Positions 35,901 to 48,990 of a stretch of DNA of 64,000 nt are shown here, piece after piece (position 1 is the stretch's first letter; the number at the start of each line of letters is the position of its first letter). Location of the stretch: assembly GCF_963921235.1 (NCBI RefSeq), contig NC_086109.1, positions 21,268,001 to 21,332,000 on the forward strand. The letters are read 5' to 3'. Source of the DNA: Mobula hypostoma (taxonomy: Eukaryota). Both the position numbers and the translations under genes were made by a program. The notes beneath the pieces are model-generated. The model was given only the letters and a program-made list of their open reading frames with translations, did not search any database and was not told the origin of the DNA.

Positions 35901-37700
35901 ATTCCCATGGACAGCCAGAAGGCCTGTGGCGTTTGTCAGCTGGAGTTTGTCGCCCTCCGAGAGAAACTATCCCACGCACAAGTTGGAATTCCTGGCGTTA
36001 AAATGGGCGGTGGTGGATAAGCTGAGTGACTACCTCTACAGGACCAAGTTTGAGGTGAGGACAGACAACAACCCCCTAACTTATATCCTGACCTGGGCGA
36101 AACTGGATGCCATAGGCTATCGGTGCTTGGCAGCGTTGTCTGCCTATGATTTCAGCCTGAAGTACCAGCCGGGGAGCCGGAACACTGATGCGGATGCTTT
36201 GTCCTGACGGGTGCATGAGGGACTGGACATGGACGAGGAGTGGGAGAGCGTTCCTGCCCCTGGGGTGAAGTCCATGTGTCAGTTTGCCATCACCGTGAAG
36301 ACAGAGGAAAAGGAGAGGCAGGATCGAGCAGTGGAACAAATGGGGGCTTCTGATGATGCCATACCCCAAGTTTACTGTAACCTGACTGCTCTGAAGACAA
36401 ATCGGCTGCCGGAATTGAGTTCTGGGGAAGTGGCAGCTGCTCAGTGAGATGGCCCGGGCATTGGCACTATTTGGTCTGCGGTTGAAAAGGGAGATATGGC
36501 TCAGGCAGAGAAGACGAAGCACACTTTGGTGCCTCCAATACTGAAAGAATGGCCTCGGTTGGAGTTGAAGAACCAGATCTTATACCGGGTCACGTCACCT
36601 CTGGACCTACCTTGGTGTTGCCAGCAGGTTCTGCCCAAGAAGTATCAGAGGATTGCGTTGAAGTCACTTCATGATGATTCTGGACATTTGGGGGTGGAAA
36701 AGACCTGTGGATTGCTCAGAGACCAGTTTTACTGGCCCCGAATGAAGTCGGAGGTTGAAGAATACTACAAGTCATGCATTCGCTGCATACAGCGGAAGAC
36801 ACTGCCTATGTGGGCAGCTCCTTTGTCCCACTTGCAGAGTGCAGGGCCCCTGGACCTGGTGTGTATAGATTTCCTGTCCATAGAACCGGATGCCAGCAAC
36901 ATGGCGAATGTCTTAGTCATCACGGACCACTATACCAGATACACAGGCTTTTCTTACTAAGGACCAAAGGGCAACTACGGTGGCAAAAGTGTTATGGGGG
37001 AAGTATTTCATTTATTATGGCCTTCCCAGGCGGATACGTAGTGACCAGGGATGGGTCTTCGAGATCCAACTCATCTATGAGTTACTGGGCATGCTTGGAG
37101 TTGAGAAGTTGAGGACCACGCCCTTTCACCCGCAGGGCGATCTCCAGCCTGAGAGGTTTAATCGGACCTTGCTAGACATGCTTGGGACCCTAGAAATCAG
37201 CAAGAAGAGAAGGTGGAGTCAACATATTGGGCATCTGGCTCACTGTTACAACTGTACATGAAATGAGCTACTGGGAACTTGCCATATTATCTGATGTTTG
37301 GACGTGAGGTGAAGTTGCCCATTGACCTTTGTTTTGGGACTGATGAAGGTGGCTTACCACCGAAGCCTTATCTGAAGTATGTGTCTGATATAAGAGAGAG
37401 CTGAAAAGGGCTTATGAATTGGCTGTGGTCGTGGCCACCAAGCAGAATCAAGGAAATAAGAGGAGGTACGATAAGAAGGTGAGGTTCTCCCAACTCCTGC
37501 TGGGAGACCGAGTCCTCATAAGGAATCTGGGGCTACCTGGAAAGCACAAGTTGGCTGACCGCTGGGCGGCCACACCCTATGTGGTGGAGAGTCAGATGCC
37601 AAACCTACCAGTTTTCCAGGTGAAACCAGAGGAGGGGAATGGACCTGTCAAGATTCTCCATCAGAACCACCTGTTGCCCCTGGGACAAGAGGTGTAGGTA
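33000..37700 (+). pseudogene. Gypsy pol (PR-RT-RNase H-IN), disrupted
   Basis: [20 protein letters not shown]...LCVDYRTLN...[33 protein letters not shown]...TDNNPL. IN HDDSGHLG...C..C, DLVCIDF, SDQG, PERFNRTL. Confidence 0.9.
34464..35911 (-). mobile_element. CR1 3' fragment inserted in the Gypsy pol
   Basis: ORFs 35048-35908 and 34529-35044 are nearly identical in protein sequence to ORF 15146-16483. (agaacat)n tail at 34464. Confidence 0.95.
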
Positions 37701-40428
37701 GACCCAGAGCCCAACTTGGAGGCTACACTTAGTAAGAGGACTCTGCAAAAACGCGGGGCGACTACAGGGCCCACAGCGGGAGAGGCTGGGCCGGGCCCCA
37801 CCCATGAGAGGGATACTGATTCGGAGAATGGTGATCTGGATGTGTGGTACATGCTGCCTTTCGCTAACTCCCCATTGATTGAGGAAGAGACTCCTGGCCC
37901 TTCTCCCACTGAGTCAGGTGAAGTTGGGGAGGGGCTATCTGTGGGCAGCCTGGGTTACAGCAGGACCCTGAAGGAGAGGAAGCGGGGCCTGGACACGGGA
38001 CAGAGGGCTCTGAGTTGCAGGGGGGCATGAGTGATAGATCAAGGGAGGATTCGCCAACTAGACCTGAAGTATCCCCAGCAATGTTTGAGCCTGAAGAGTT
38101 AAGTGAGGAGGTACGGAGGTCTCAGAGAATTAGGAGACCACCAGATAGGTTGGCCGATGTAGCACCTGGGGAACAGGGCATGATATCTACTGTTCTGGGG
38201 AGCTATGTCACTGCCTTTTGCACCTGGATTGCACTTTGTGTTTTGCAGGAAGGGTTGGTGAATTATCTCAACGTCATGAGGACATGACTAAATTTGGTGG
38301 GGGGAGAATGTAATGGCTTCTTTGTAAAGTTTCACTGCTAAGGCTAACGTAATGGCTTCTCTGTAATGTTCACTGCCGAGGTAACGGTTTCTCTGTAGCA
38401 GCGATGTTTGGGTTATGGCTGGAGATAACAGGACTGTAGTATGCATGTTACCCAATTGGAGATTGTTGTTTTGTCTTGTGTATCTGGAAGGATATTGTTT
38501 TTGCGGTCTCTTGTCGAGGAGCGAGGAAGAGGGAGGACGTGTGTGGAGAGAGCAGGGAGGATGCGTGTGGAGAGAGCTGGTAGACCACCGGACGGATGGA
38601 CTGGGATCTGAGGGTCTGAAGGTTGGCGATGTTCGGAGGAGACCGGTGGTGGAAGAATGACTACTCAGTGTGCTGCAACGTGACTTTGACTTGACTTGGG
38701 CCTTTTTTTTGTTTATTTTCATTACTAACCCTATATTCAGATTAAGATTCATAAAGTTCAATCATTTAATTGCATATAGTGTGCTGTCTGATATTTTGCA
38801 TTGTGGGTTTGTAACTGGGGTACATTACACAGCATCCACACAAACGCGATTACCCAGTTTGGCAGGGCTGAGGGCTGTTTCCCCTACACGAACACGAGCT
38901 GGGCAAGCCTGAGGGTTACACTCAGTACAAGCAAATCACACAACAAAGCATCCTCAGGACCAGCCACTCACACAGTACATTACTTTCAGTATCAAATAAT
39001 CACACAGTATATTACCTTTCCTAAGAGGCAATCACACAGTATTTTAACTCTCAGTGTCGAGCATCAACCATTACATTAGTACCAGCCAATCATGGTACGA
39101 CATCAGATTTGGACAATCATGTTATTCAGCACCAACAAATCTGACAGTACATCATTTTCCATACAGACAATCACGCAGTACATCAGTGCTCATTACTGAC
39201 CAATCACACAATACTTCATCAGTAACAGACAATTTTATGGCACGTTAACCTCACTTCAATCTCCCTGTAAAGCATGTTGTAAATGGACAATCCATGCCAG
39301 ACAATATTATGGATCCCCTTAGGGATCATTATCAGTTTGAAGAAATTGCCTGACTAGATTCTGGATAGTGTAATGGGAGTTCAGCTGATAGCTGTTCCAT
39401 CGTTCAACTCTCTTGCACTCGTATTTTATAGAATCACAGAATGGTACAGTTCAGAAGAAGTCTATTGCCACTCAGCAGCACTTCCACAGTGATAAAGGAC
39501 TGCCACACAGAAACAGGCCCTTCAGCCCATCGACTCCAAACTACGGTGTTGGTCCACATATGTTGTCCCCATTTATCACTTAGCCACCATAATTTGCCCC
39601 TAGAGTGTGGCTAAGTGTGGATGAGAAAGTGGGGAGATCGAAAAGGGTAATCATGTAAAATTAGTGGAAATGGACAGTTGACGGCTGTGGATTCGATGTG
39701 CTGAAGGTCTGTTTCTGCTCAGTTGTTCCTTGTGACTCTACCAAGCCGCAGGTCTTTGTACTGTGGGAGGAAACGGGAACTGGAGCACCCAGAGGAAAGC
39801 CTCATTGTCACAAAATGGGTAGGCAAACTCCAGAGGGGTGGCAGCCACGGTCAGGACTGAAATAGGAGTCTGGAATTGTGAGTTAATGTCTCTACTAGCT
39901 GAGCCACTCTGCTGCCCTGAGTTTTTGTATTTTTAATTTCAAGAAATTCATCCAACTCAGTTTTGAAAGTTATCATTCTTTTAACAGCCTTTTGGGTAGT
40001 GCATGTCAGATCATAATAACTTGTAACATGAAAATTGTTACCACATGTTGCCTCAGGATCTTTTATAATCATCTTATATCTGTGTTTTCAGGTGAATATG
40101 TAGCTGTAATGTGCTCAGGGCATATTCTTGGCATCTATGATTTAATCACCAAATCACACTGAGACTCAAAGGCAATAAATGGTCTGATAGTAGTGAGTTT
40201 GCTGACTATGAAGTTCTAATCTCAAACGAAGACTTTAAGCCCTATCTGATATAAATAGCCGTGAGTACTCTCACTAAAGGGAGGTCATACGGTAACTACC
40301 CAATCTTCAAAGACTAGTTCACTTCACTGTTTATTCTGCACGACAAATTTAGCTGCTGGTACCCACTATTTGAGGGCTGGATCCCCCCCCACCCACCCCT
40401 GTTCTCTACCAAGGAGAAGATAACAAAG

Positions 40429-43400
40429 TATCAGGAAATGCACAGGAGGCTTGAACCAAAAACAGAGCCTGGAGATGATCCAGCGGTGAGTGACAACTAT
40501 AATAGCATACTACAAAATAACAAGCCATGAGGGGCCAGAAAACAAAGAGAACACATACTAAACACAACAGGCCATAAAGAAACTAAAGACCTGGAGCAAC
40601 TGGTTGAGCCCGGCTGGTTTGATGAATGAACGAGGACCGTGGATGAGAACTGGGGTTAAATAGGCTGCAGGGGAAGAGTTAAAAATGAGCGGCAGGCCAC
40701 TCCTATTAGCTGGGAGGTGCCTGCATGTCCCCTCCCCTGTGGCCAGCCCCTGACAACCCAGGCTGATCTGGATGATGGGACTCCTCAATGAGCGATGGAT
40801 CTGAGATGTAACGGAATGGCAGCGAAGACCTCCCTCCCAGTCAACCAGGTGATGCACACCCCATCCACAATTATGTGAATCCATCAACCGGCAAACCCTT
40901 TACACTGGGCCACATTTCACCACCCTTTCCAATGCCAGCACACTTTTTTCTAATGTAAGGTGCCCAAAGCTGCTCATAATACTACAAGTGTAGTCTGACC
41001 AATGCCCTATAAAGCCTCGGTATTATATCCTTGCTCTTCTATTCTCCTTGAAACGAATGCTAACATTGCACTTGCCTTCCTTACCAGTGACTCAACTTAC
41101 AAAATAACCTTTAAGGAATCGTGCATGAGGACTCTCAAGTCCCTTTGCAACTCTGATGTTTGAATTCTCTCTCCATTTAAAAGGTAGTCTACTCTTTTAT
41201 CCTGCTACCAAAGTGTATAACCGTACACTTCTCTAGAATATATTCCATCTTCCACTTTTGCGCATTCTCCCAACCTGTATTAATCCTTCTACGGACTCCC
41301 TGCTTCCTCAATGCCACCTGCCTCTCCACCTATCTTTGTATCATCTGCAAACTTGGCCATAAAGCCGTCAGTTCCATCATCCAAATCGTTAACATAAAAC
41401 TTGAAAAAAATTGGTCCCAACACCAAGCCCTGCGGAACTCCACTAGTCACCAGTACCCAACCAGAAAAGGCCCCTTTTATTTCCACTCCTTGCCTCCTGC
41501 CAGTTAGCCAATCTTTTATTGAAGCTAGTACCTTTCCTGTAATACGATAAGCTCTTGGCTTAGAAAGCAGCCAAACATGCAGCACCTTGTCAAAGACCTT
41601 CTGAAAATCCTAGTAAACAACGTTCTGTGACTCTTCTTTGTCTATCTGGTCTGTTATTTCCTCAAAGAATTCCAACAGATTTATCAGGCAAGGTTTCCAC
41701 TTAAGGAAACCATGCTGACTTTGGCCTCTGCTATCACGTGCCTCCAAGTTCCCCAAACCTCATCCTTAATAATGGACTCCAACATCTTCCCAACCACTGC
41801 AGTCAGGCTAAATGATCTATAATTTTCTTTCTTCTGCCTCCTTCCCTTAAAGAGTGGAGTGACTTTTGCAGTTTTCCAGTCCTCCGGGAACAATCCAGAA
41901 TCTAGTGATTCTTGAAAGATCATTACTAATGCCTCCTCAATATCTCTGGTTACCTCTTTCAGAATCCTGGCGTGTACTTCATCTGGTCCAGGTGACTTAC
42001 CTACCTTCAGACTTTTCAGTTTCCCAAGCACCTTCTCCCGAGTAATAGCAGCTGCGCTCACTTCTGCCTATGACACTCTTGAACTTTTGGCATATTTCTA
42101 ATGTCACCCACAGTGAAGACTGAGGCAAAATATTTATGTTCATTCGCCATTTCTTGGTACGCAATTACGCTCTCTTCAGTGTCATTTTCCAGCAGTCAAT
42201 ATTTACTCTCTACTCTCTTTTACTCTTTATACAGGTTATCCGAAAAACCTTTGGTATCCTCTATATTATTGGACTTCACGTTTCATCATTTCTCTCCTTA
42301 TGGCCTTTTTAGTTGCCTCCTGTTGGTTTTTAAAATCTTCTCAATCCACGAGCTTCCCACTAATTTTTGCTATATTATATACCCTTTCTTTTGCTTTTAT
42401 GCTGTCTTTGACTTCCCTTGACAACGATGATTGCCTCAACCTCTCTTTACAATACTTCTCCACCTTTGAGATGTATCTATACTGTACCTTCCGAATTGCC
42501 CCGGAAATTCCACCCATTACTATCCTACCATCATGCCTACTAGTATTCCCTTCTAATTACCTATGGCCAGCTCCTCTCTAATCTCTCTGTAATTTCCTTT
42601 ACTCCACTGTAATACTGATCCATCTGGTTTTATCTTTTCTCTCTCAGACTGCAGGGGGTGAATTCTATCATATAAGATCACTGCCTCTCAAGGGTTTCTT
42701 TACCTTAACCTCTCTAATCAAATGTGGTTCATTACACAACACCCAGTCCAGAATAGCTGATCCCCTGGTGGGCTCAACCACAAGCTGTTATAAAAAGTCA
42801 TCTCCTGTGCATTGTACAAATTCCCTCTCTTGGGATCCAGCACCAAACTAATTTTCCCAGTCTACCTGCATATTAAAATCCACATCACTATCATAAATTT
42901 GCTCTTTTTACATGGCGTTTCTATCTCCTATTATAATTTGTATCTGACATTCTGGCTATTATTCGATGGCCTGTATACAACTCCCAACGGAGTCTTTTTA
43001 CCCTTGCAGTAACAGGATTTTACATCTTCCAATCTTATGTCACCTCTTTCTAGGGATTTGATTTCAATTTTTGCCAACAGAGCCACCTCACCCCAAAGCG
43101 TATCTGCCTGTACTTTTGATACAATGGGTTTCATTTGGATGTAAAGCTCCCAACAATGATCTTCTTTCAGCCATGACTCAGTAATGCCCACAACCTGCTA
43201 ATCTCTAACTGTGCCAAAAGTTCATGTACATTATTCTGTATACTGCATGCATTCAAATATAACACTTTTGTTTGCCTCCACGGCTTCCCTCAGATTATTG
43301 TGTTGGAACTGCGGCCCACAATTCGTCTCCCGCTTCTGACGAGTCTTCTACTCTCTCCTCCACATCTCAGAGAGTTTGTCCTCTGGCTGTCATCCACAGA

Positions 43401-44742
43401 ACAACAACCAATCAAAATTCAGTTTTTGGAACCGGGTCGATAGGAGGTGCTGAAGTTAAATTGTTCGAAGAAGAGGGCACAGCAAGGCTGAGGAGGGTTG
43501 AGTTGGTGGTCTGGATTTGAGGTTATGCTGGTCTCTCCAGATCAGGAAGGGCTTGGTGTTTCCTATCGGCCAATCTCTCCATACCTCCAAGGCCCATTCA
43601 ATAGCGGGTAGCTCCCTTCCTTCTACTCCATGACGGTGCTGTGTATGGTTGAACCTGTGTGAGAAGAAGGCACAAGGGCATGACTTCTGCTCCACTCCTC
43701 GCTGGGAGAGGACAGCCCCAGTGCCCATGGAAAATACATCCAACTCTGCCACAAAAGGTCTGGAGGGGTTTGAATGGCTGAGAGCGGGAGCGGTGGTGAA
43801 GTGCCTCTTGAGCTTCTTGAAAGCGAGATCCACAGAAGCCGACCAGGTTACCCATGAGGTAAGTGATTTGGTGAGGGAGGTGATGAAATGACAGTAGAAG
43901 TTGGAGGAGCCCAAGAAGCATTATAGCTATTTGGAGGAGCTCTGTCAGGGCCATTCAACAATGGTGCATGCTTTCTTTGGGTCCATTGTTATGCCCTGGG
44001 GTGAAATTACGTAACCCAGGAAGGAAATGACCAGTGTGTGGAACCGGCATTTTTCTAATTTGATATTTCATCTCAGCAGTGAAATCCTCACAATCATTGC
44101 AAATAGTGTTTGATTGTTCCAGTTATTGTTGGCCCAGGCCAGAGCTCACTCAGTCAAAGGAGAGATGAAGAAAGCAATCTTGACTGAGTCCATAGCTCAC
44201 AGAGACGACTGGAGCTCAAAGTGTAAGGCGCACCGTGGTAGGAAGTTGCAGTTTCGGGTTGGAGATCTGTTGAAGTGTTTGGGCCTGGGAATCCAAGGCT
44301 CACATGGAGGAGATGGACTGGTGCGGGGCTGCTGTATCAAGCCGGAGAGTTGGAAGCGAGTAGTAAGCAGATGGTCAGAAGTTTCCTGCTGCTTCTGGAT
44401 GACGTGCTCACGTCAATGGACGACTTCCATACTCTGCTGGCTCATCTTGTCAGGAAACGTAGAGGAGGCTTGACCCAAGCATGATAACTTTAATAATAGG
44501 CTGCAAAATGACAAGCTACAAAGGGCCACAAAACAAGAGAGATCAGGCACTAATCTAAACAGGCCAAAATGTAACTGAAGACTAGGAGCAGCTGGTTGAT
44601 TCTGGCTGGTTCAATGAGCAAACAAGGACTGTGGATGAGAACTGGAATTAATAGTCTGCAGATGATGAGTTAGAAATGAGCAGCAGGTGACTCCTAGTAC
44701 CTGGGTGGAGACGAGGAGGTGCCAGCATGTGCAGGCCTGACA
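40429..44742 (-). mobile_element. Old, internally deleted Sushi-like chromovirus (Gypsy) split by a CR1
   Basis: Diverged LTRs 44448-44742 and 40429-40755 with TGTCAGG...CCTGA(C/T)A ends. Gag remnant HFELQS...KIAFFIS...ALAWA at about 44130-44250. RT end/RNase H in ORF 43456-43914 (FTTAPALSHS...PFVAELD...GTGAVLSQ). Chromodomain-like DS...HHLVDWEG at about 40830-40885. Confidence 0.8.
40920..43268 (-). mobile_element. Degenerate CR1 ORF2 (EN plus RT), related to 48862-53058
   Basis: GITESWL...VYRP, KSPGPD and FADDTK in ORFs 42931-43191, 41684-42061 and 41289-41585. Confidence 0.9.
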
Positions 44743-45570
44743 AAACTAGTTTCAACACAGTCCATTTATTTTCAGTGATACACGTTTAAGTCCAGTCAAC
44801 ATTCTTAAACCACATTTAAAACTCGCAGAGGACTTCTGTCTTATAAATACTTGCAAGTTACAAAGCATTTCTAAAACACAAAGGGTTTTCAAAACACAAG
44901 TACTATTTCTATAAGCTAAAAAGACATTCCAACCATTTTGGTGAACCAATAGTCCATTGCAGAAATCGAATCCAGAGGAATGAATTCTAGTTCACCCTGT
45001 ATTTTTGTCATTCTTCTTGATGTTCCTTATTTCATTCCTAAAAAGCCTGAATGGCTCTTCACATTTCTTTGCCACTTGGGAGACTTCACACATATGGGAT
45101 ATTTTCCTCAGATACCTATTCTACAAACAGTCTAAAAGCTTGTTGGAGACACTGTTCCCACCAGCTCACAACTAATGTTGACTCTCTGAGTATACACACT
45201 TCCTAACTTATTAATAGATCAGTTATTGATATGCTAATTGTCTTAATTCGATCTGCAAGCTTCCTTGAACTAAGCAACTTGGCCAGTGTGGTCTGTTTTG
45301 AAACAAGCCCAATAAAATAACTGTTACAATTAAGGATGCTTATTGTGCCCAGTGCAGCCAAACAGGTCTGCTTGACTCGTAGTCACCTAGAAGACAACAA
45401 ATATGTTCACACACGAGGAATTTGTAGGTCAAATATTAATAGATAGATAGACAAGCCCTTGAAATCAACCAATCCTGCAATGTCACATGACAGAGAAATA
45501 AACATTCACATGCTGGATAGGACATCTTCCCACCAGTACACTTTTAGGCAAAACCAGCTTGATAATATTT

Positions 45571-45788
45571 CATAAAAGTTGCTGGTGAGTGCAGCAGGCC
45601 AGGCAGCATCTCTAGGAAGAGGTACAGTTGACGTTTTGGGCCGGGACCCTTCGTCAGGATGAAGGGTCTCGGCCCGAAACGTCCACTGTACCTCTTCCTA
45701 GAGATGCTGCCCGGCCTGCTGTGTTCACCAGCAACTTTTATGTGTGTTGCTTGAAATTCCAGAATCTGCAGATTTCCTCATGTTTGCG
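45571..45788. mobile_element. Palindromic Penelope pLTR mini-element with a 14-bp TSD
   Basis: Arms 45571-45655 and 45658-45742 are inverted repeats. TTGATAATATTTCA at 45559-45572 and 45789-45802. Confidence 0.85.
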
Positions 45789-46238
45789 TTGATAATATTT
45801 CACTAGGTTTCTGGTCTGTTCTGATCGGTACAGTCCAGAAACCCCAGGACTGACTGCTGGTCCAGATTCAATGCTTTCAACTGGGGATTCTGCTTTGTTA
45901 GGTTGCAGGGCTAACCAGTCTTGTTCACTAGCTCATTCGGGAATGAGGGATTCACTTGGCCATCTCCTGATGTGGTGTAGATTTTGGCATCCTCAAGTGC
46001 TGAAATTACTTGTTAGCCCTCTTTCACCACAACATCCCCTTTCACCCACCATCGGCTTGCAGGGTTCAGGGGAATGTAAACCAAATCTCCCACCTCAAAG
46101 TTTCGAGATCTTATACTGCACTTCCTGAGCAAAAAGACAGGTGTTGTGACCCAATATCCTCCTTTCCATAGATAGTGCATCTGTTTACAAAGCTGTGTTT
46201 TTTAACTTCAAGCTGATTACTTCTTGCGATTTACATAT

Positions 46239-47082
46239 TGTGACGAAAAACCAAGTTATTAGAAGATTGATGCTGATGAGAGAGATAAGAGAGACAAATG
46301 GAGAAGGGTTCAAAATGTTAATGAGAGAGGAGAGAGATTAACAAAAAGAAACACAGTTCTGAGTATTGACAGACCGGTTGCTTTGAACCTGAACTGTTTG
46401 AAGTTTCATGGACAGGCGATACCCCAGCAGGGGGATAAAAGGAACAGGTTCACTAAGGCATGACAGACACCATGAGATCACGAGATAACGAGACCCTGGA
46501 AAAGCAGTGTGCCCCCAAAAGTTGATGGGAGTTTGGAGGTCTGGTCGCGGGACCGACCATAGACGCACAAGGTGAAAAGGTACGATCGGTGGAAACCTGG
46601 TGTGTGTGTCCGCCCTTGCCTGGGTGCCGGGTTCACCGTGGAAGAGCGGTCGTATCCGGAATGGAGGGGTCACAGTCGGTGACCACAGAAGACATTAAAA
46701 GGGTTCGCCCAAAAGCTAACTGCGGAGAACATCAAGGTCTGTCTGAATCCGATTTGCATATCATCCTTCTCTCTCTCTCTCTCTGTCTCTCCAACAGCAC
46801 AACAGCGATTACTTCGAACTGTACTCAGCTGAACTGAACTCTGCGTCACTTGAGACTGATCATTTTACCCCTAGACTGCGATAGAGCTTGATTGATTCCT
46901 ATTATCCTAGTTCTGTGTACATGTGTGTTTTATCATTGCTAAGCTGTTGCATTTATATCCTTATGATTAGAGTACTGTGTTACTTATTTCTTTAATAAAA
47001 CTTTCTTAGTTCCAGTAATCCAGACTCCAACTAAGTGGTCCATTTCTGCTGGTTTGGCAACCCAGTTATGGGGTACGTAACA
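46239..47082 (+). mobile_element. Solo LTR related to the LTRs of 53251-58235
   Basis: TG...CA ends. TSD ATAT at 46235-38 and 47083-86. Shares tggacaggcgataccccagcagggggataaaa and the 3' end ccatttctgctggtttggcaacccagtta.ggggtacgtaaca. Confidence 0.92.
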
Positions 47083-47443
47083 ATATTAAGAACTGAAGAC
47101 TGGCTCCTATTTACGACCAGAAGCTAAAAAAAGAATATAGTTGGAATTTTAATGTATTCAAAAATAACGCTTTGATCTCTGGAAGAGTCAGCTGCTGTGT
47201 TTAGAAAACTGAGCTTGGCTAAAAAGAAGAGGCCTGCTGTCCCAGGAAGAGAATATCAATCATAATAGATTTGCTAGCAATGGGTTTTCTGAATGTTCTG
47301 AAGACCATGAATTAAAAATTAATCTCATGGATGCTGCTACCAGCAAAATTCCCATTTTGCTCAATTGAAGAATAATTCTCCAGACTTTTAACACTTCACC
47401 TTTGTTTTATCTGACCACTTATATCTCCTTCCAGCCTCTCTCA

Positions 47444-47612
47444 TGTGTATGTATGTGTGTGTGGGGGGGGGGGAGTAGGGTGGCTAAATGTGTGAAAGAC
47501 AGAAAAGTGAGAGAAAGACAGACAGAGAGAGTTAGAAAGAAAGAGAAAGAGAGAGAGAGAAACAGAGAGAAGGAGAAAGGGAGAGAGAGAGAGAAACAGA
47601 GAGAAAGAGAGA
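47444..47612. repeat. (GT)n, poly-G and imperfect (GA)n microsatellite
   Basis: Visible directly in the sequence. Confidence 0.9.
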
Positions 47613-48990
47613 TTTAAAAAGTACAGTATTAGTTTCACTACTCTGGGACAGATTTATTGCAATAGTTTATCTTTATCCTCTATAAAATTTCTGTATTCAT
47701 GTGACAAATCTTTCAGTTAACATCTCAATTTTAGAGTACTTACAGTAGAAAAAAAGGGCATTTGATCCATCAAGTCAGTACCAATGCTAGCTTTTCAAGA
47801 TACTTAGAAGTACCTCAAAATCAATGAAGTACTCTAGAAATGCAATTGCTTTTGCAGTGTAGCTATTTATGGACAGAAGCTTTCACAGTCCCAGCAACCG
47901 GCCATGAAATTTTCTCATTGCCACCGTTGGCTAGGAGGTACAAGACTGAAGTCTCACACTACCAGATTCAAGAATAGCTACTTTCTTTCAGCCACAGTGT
48001 TCTTGAACCAACCACCAAAATCCTATGACCACTCTTTTTACTTTGTATTAAATGTACTATTTTTATTGTGATATTTCTTGTAAAACTTCTGTGTAATTTG
48101 TGCTTCTTTTGTAAATGCTGCTTGCATTATACCACGTGCATGTGATGCTGCTGGAAGTACATTCTTCATTGCAACTGTGTATTCATGTACTCATGTGTAT
48201 GACAATAAACTTGACTTTGACCTTGATGAGCAATGCAAATACGAACAGATAATCTGCAATGTTTATTGAAGGCTAAATCTTAACCACCGAAGGAGAACAC
48301 TTATTCAGGAAATATTTCCTTGGGATCCATTAATGAATACCTGCAGAAGACAGATATGTAGACCGCACACTGCAGATGTTTGAATCTGGAGAAAAAAGTG
48401 CTGGAAGAACTCAGTGGGCCAGGCAGCATCTGTGGCAGCAAAGGGATAGTCGACGTCTCAGGTTGAGACCCTGCATCAAGATATGAAGACAAACACATGT
48501 TAGTTTAACATTTCATGTAATAGAGTCGCCTTTAACCATAGACCTTTCATTGGTACTGCATGGGGAACTTCAGCTTAGAAGGTTCTTGGCTTTGGAGTGG
48601 TTTTCAAACTCACCACCATCTGTCCCTGGCAAATCCAGTGATATTTTTTACTGCTAAGTATGTTAGATGAAAAGAAAACTACATCCCTTCTTTTCCAAGT
48701 GACCCAGAGTACAAATATATACAGTTCACTGAAAGAGGCGTCACAAATAGACAGGGAAGTGAAGAAGGGATTTGGCATGGTATGTTGCTGTTGTACAACA
48801 TGTTGGCGAAGCTGCACTTCAAGTATTGTGTACAGTTTTGGTTGTTTTGTTATAAGAAAGACAAGACGGCCCGGACAGACAGGAACAGCAGGGCTCTCAC
48901 AGCTAACGGTTTAAAAAGTTTGTCTGTATGGCGAGGTAAGTGGGTGAGTAGACTTATTTTTCCTGTTTCATTCGTGTAGCACTAGATAGC

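Larger units (their letters stand above)
30842..38920 (+). mobile_element. Two-LTR Ty3/Gypsy retrotransposon with PNMA-like gag, degenerate, interrupted by a CR1
   Basis: LTRs 30842-31430 and 38309-38920 (TGTAA...TTACA). TSD CTCA at 30838-41 and 38921-24. Degenerate tRNA-Pro-like PBS at about 31435-31452. PPT ggtggggggagaa at 38296-38308. Confidence 0.95.

Noticed and set aside
37700..38290. env-like extra ORF in the PNMA-type Gypsy
   Set aside because: These short ORFs look like the low-complexity integrase C-terminal tail (RRSQRIRRPPDRL), with no signal peptide or fusion-protein features.
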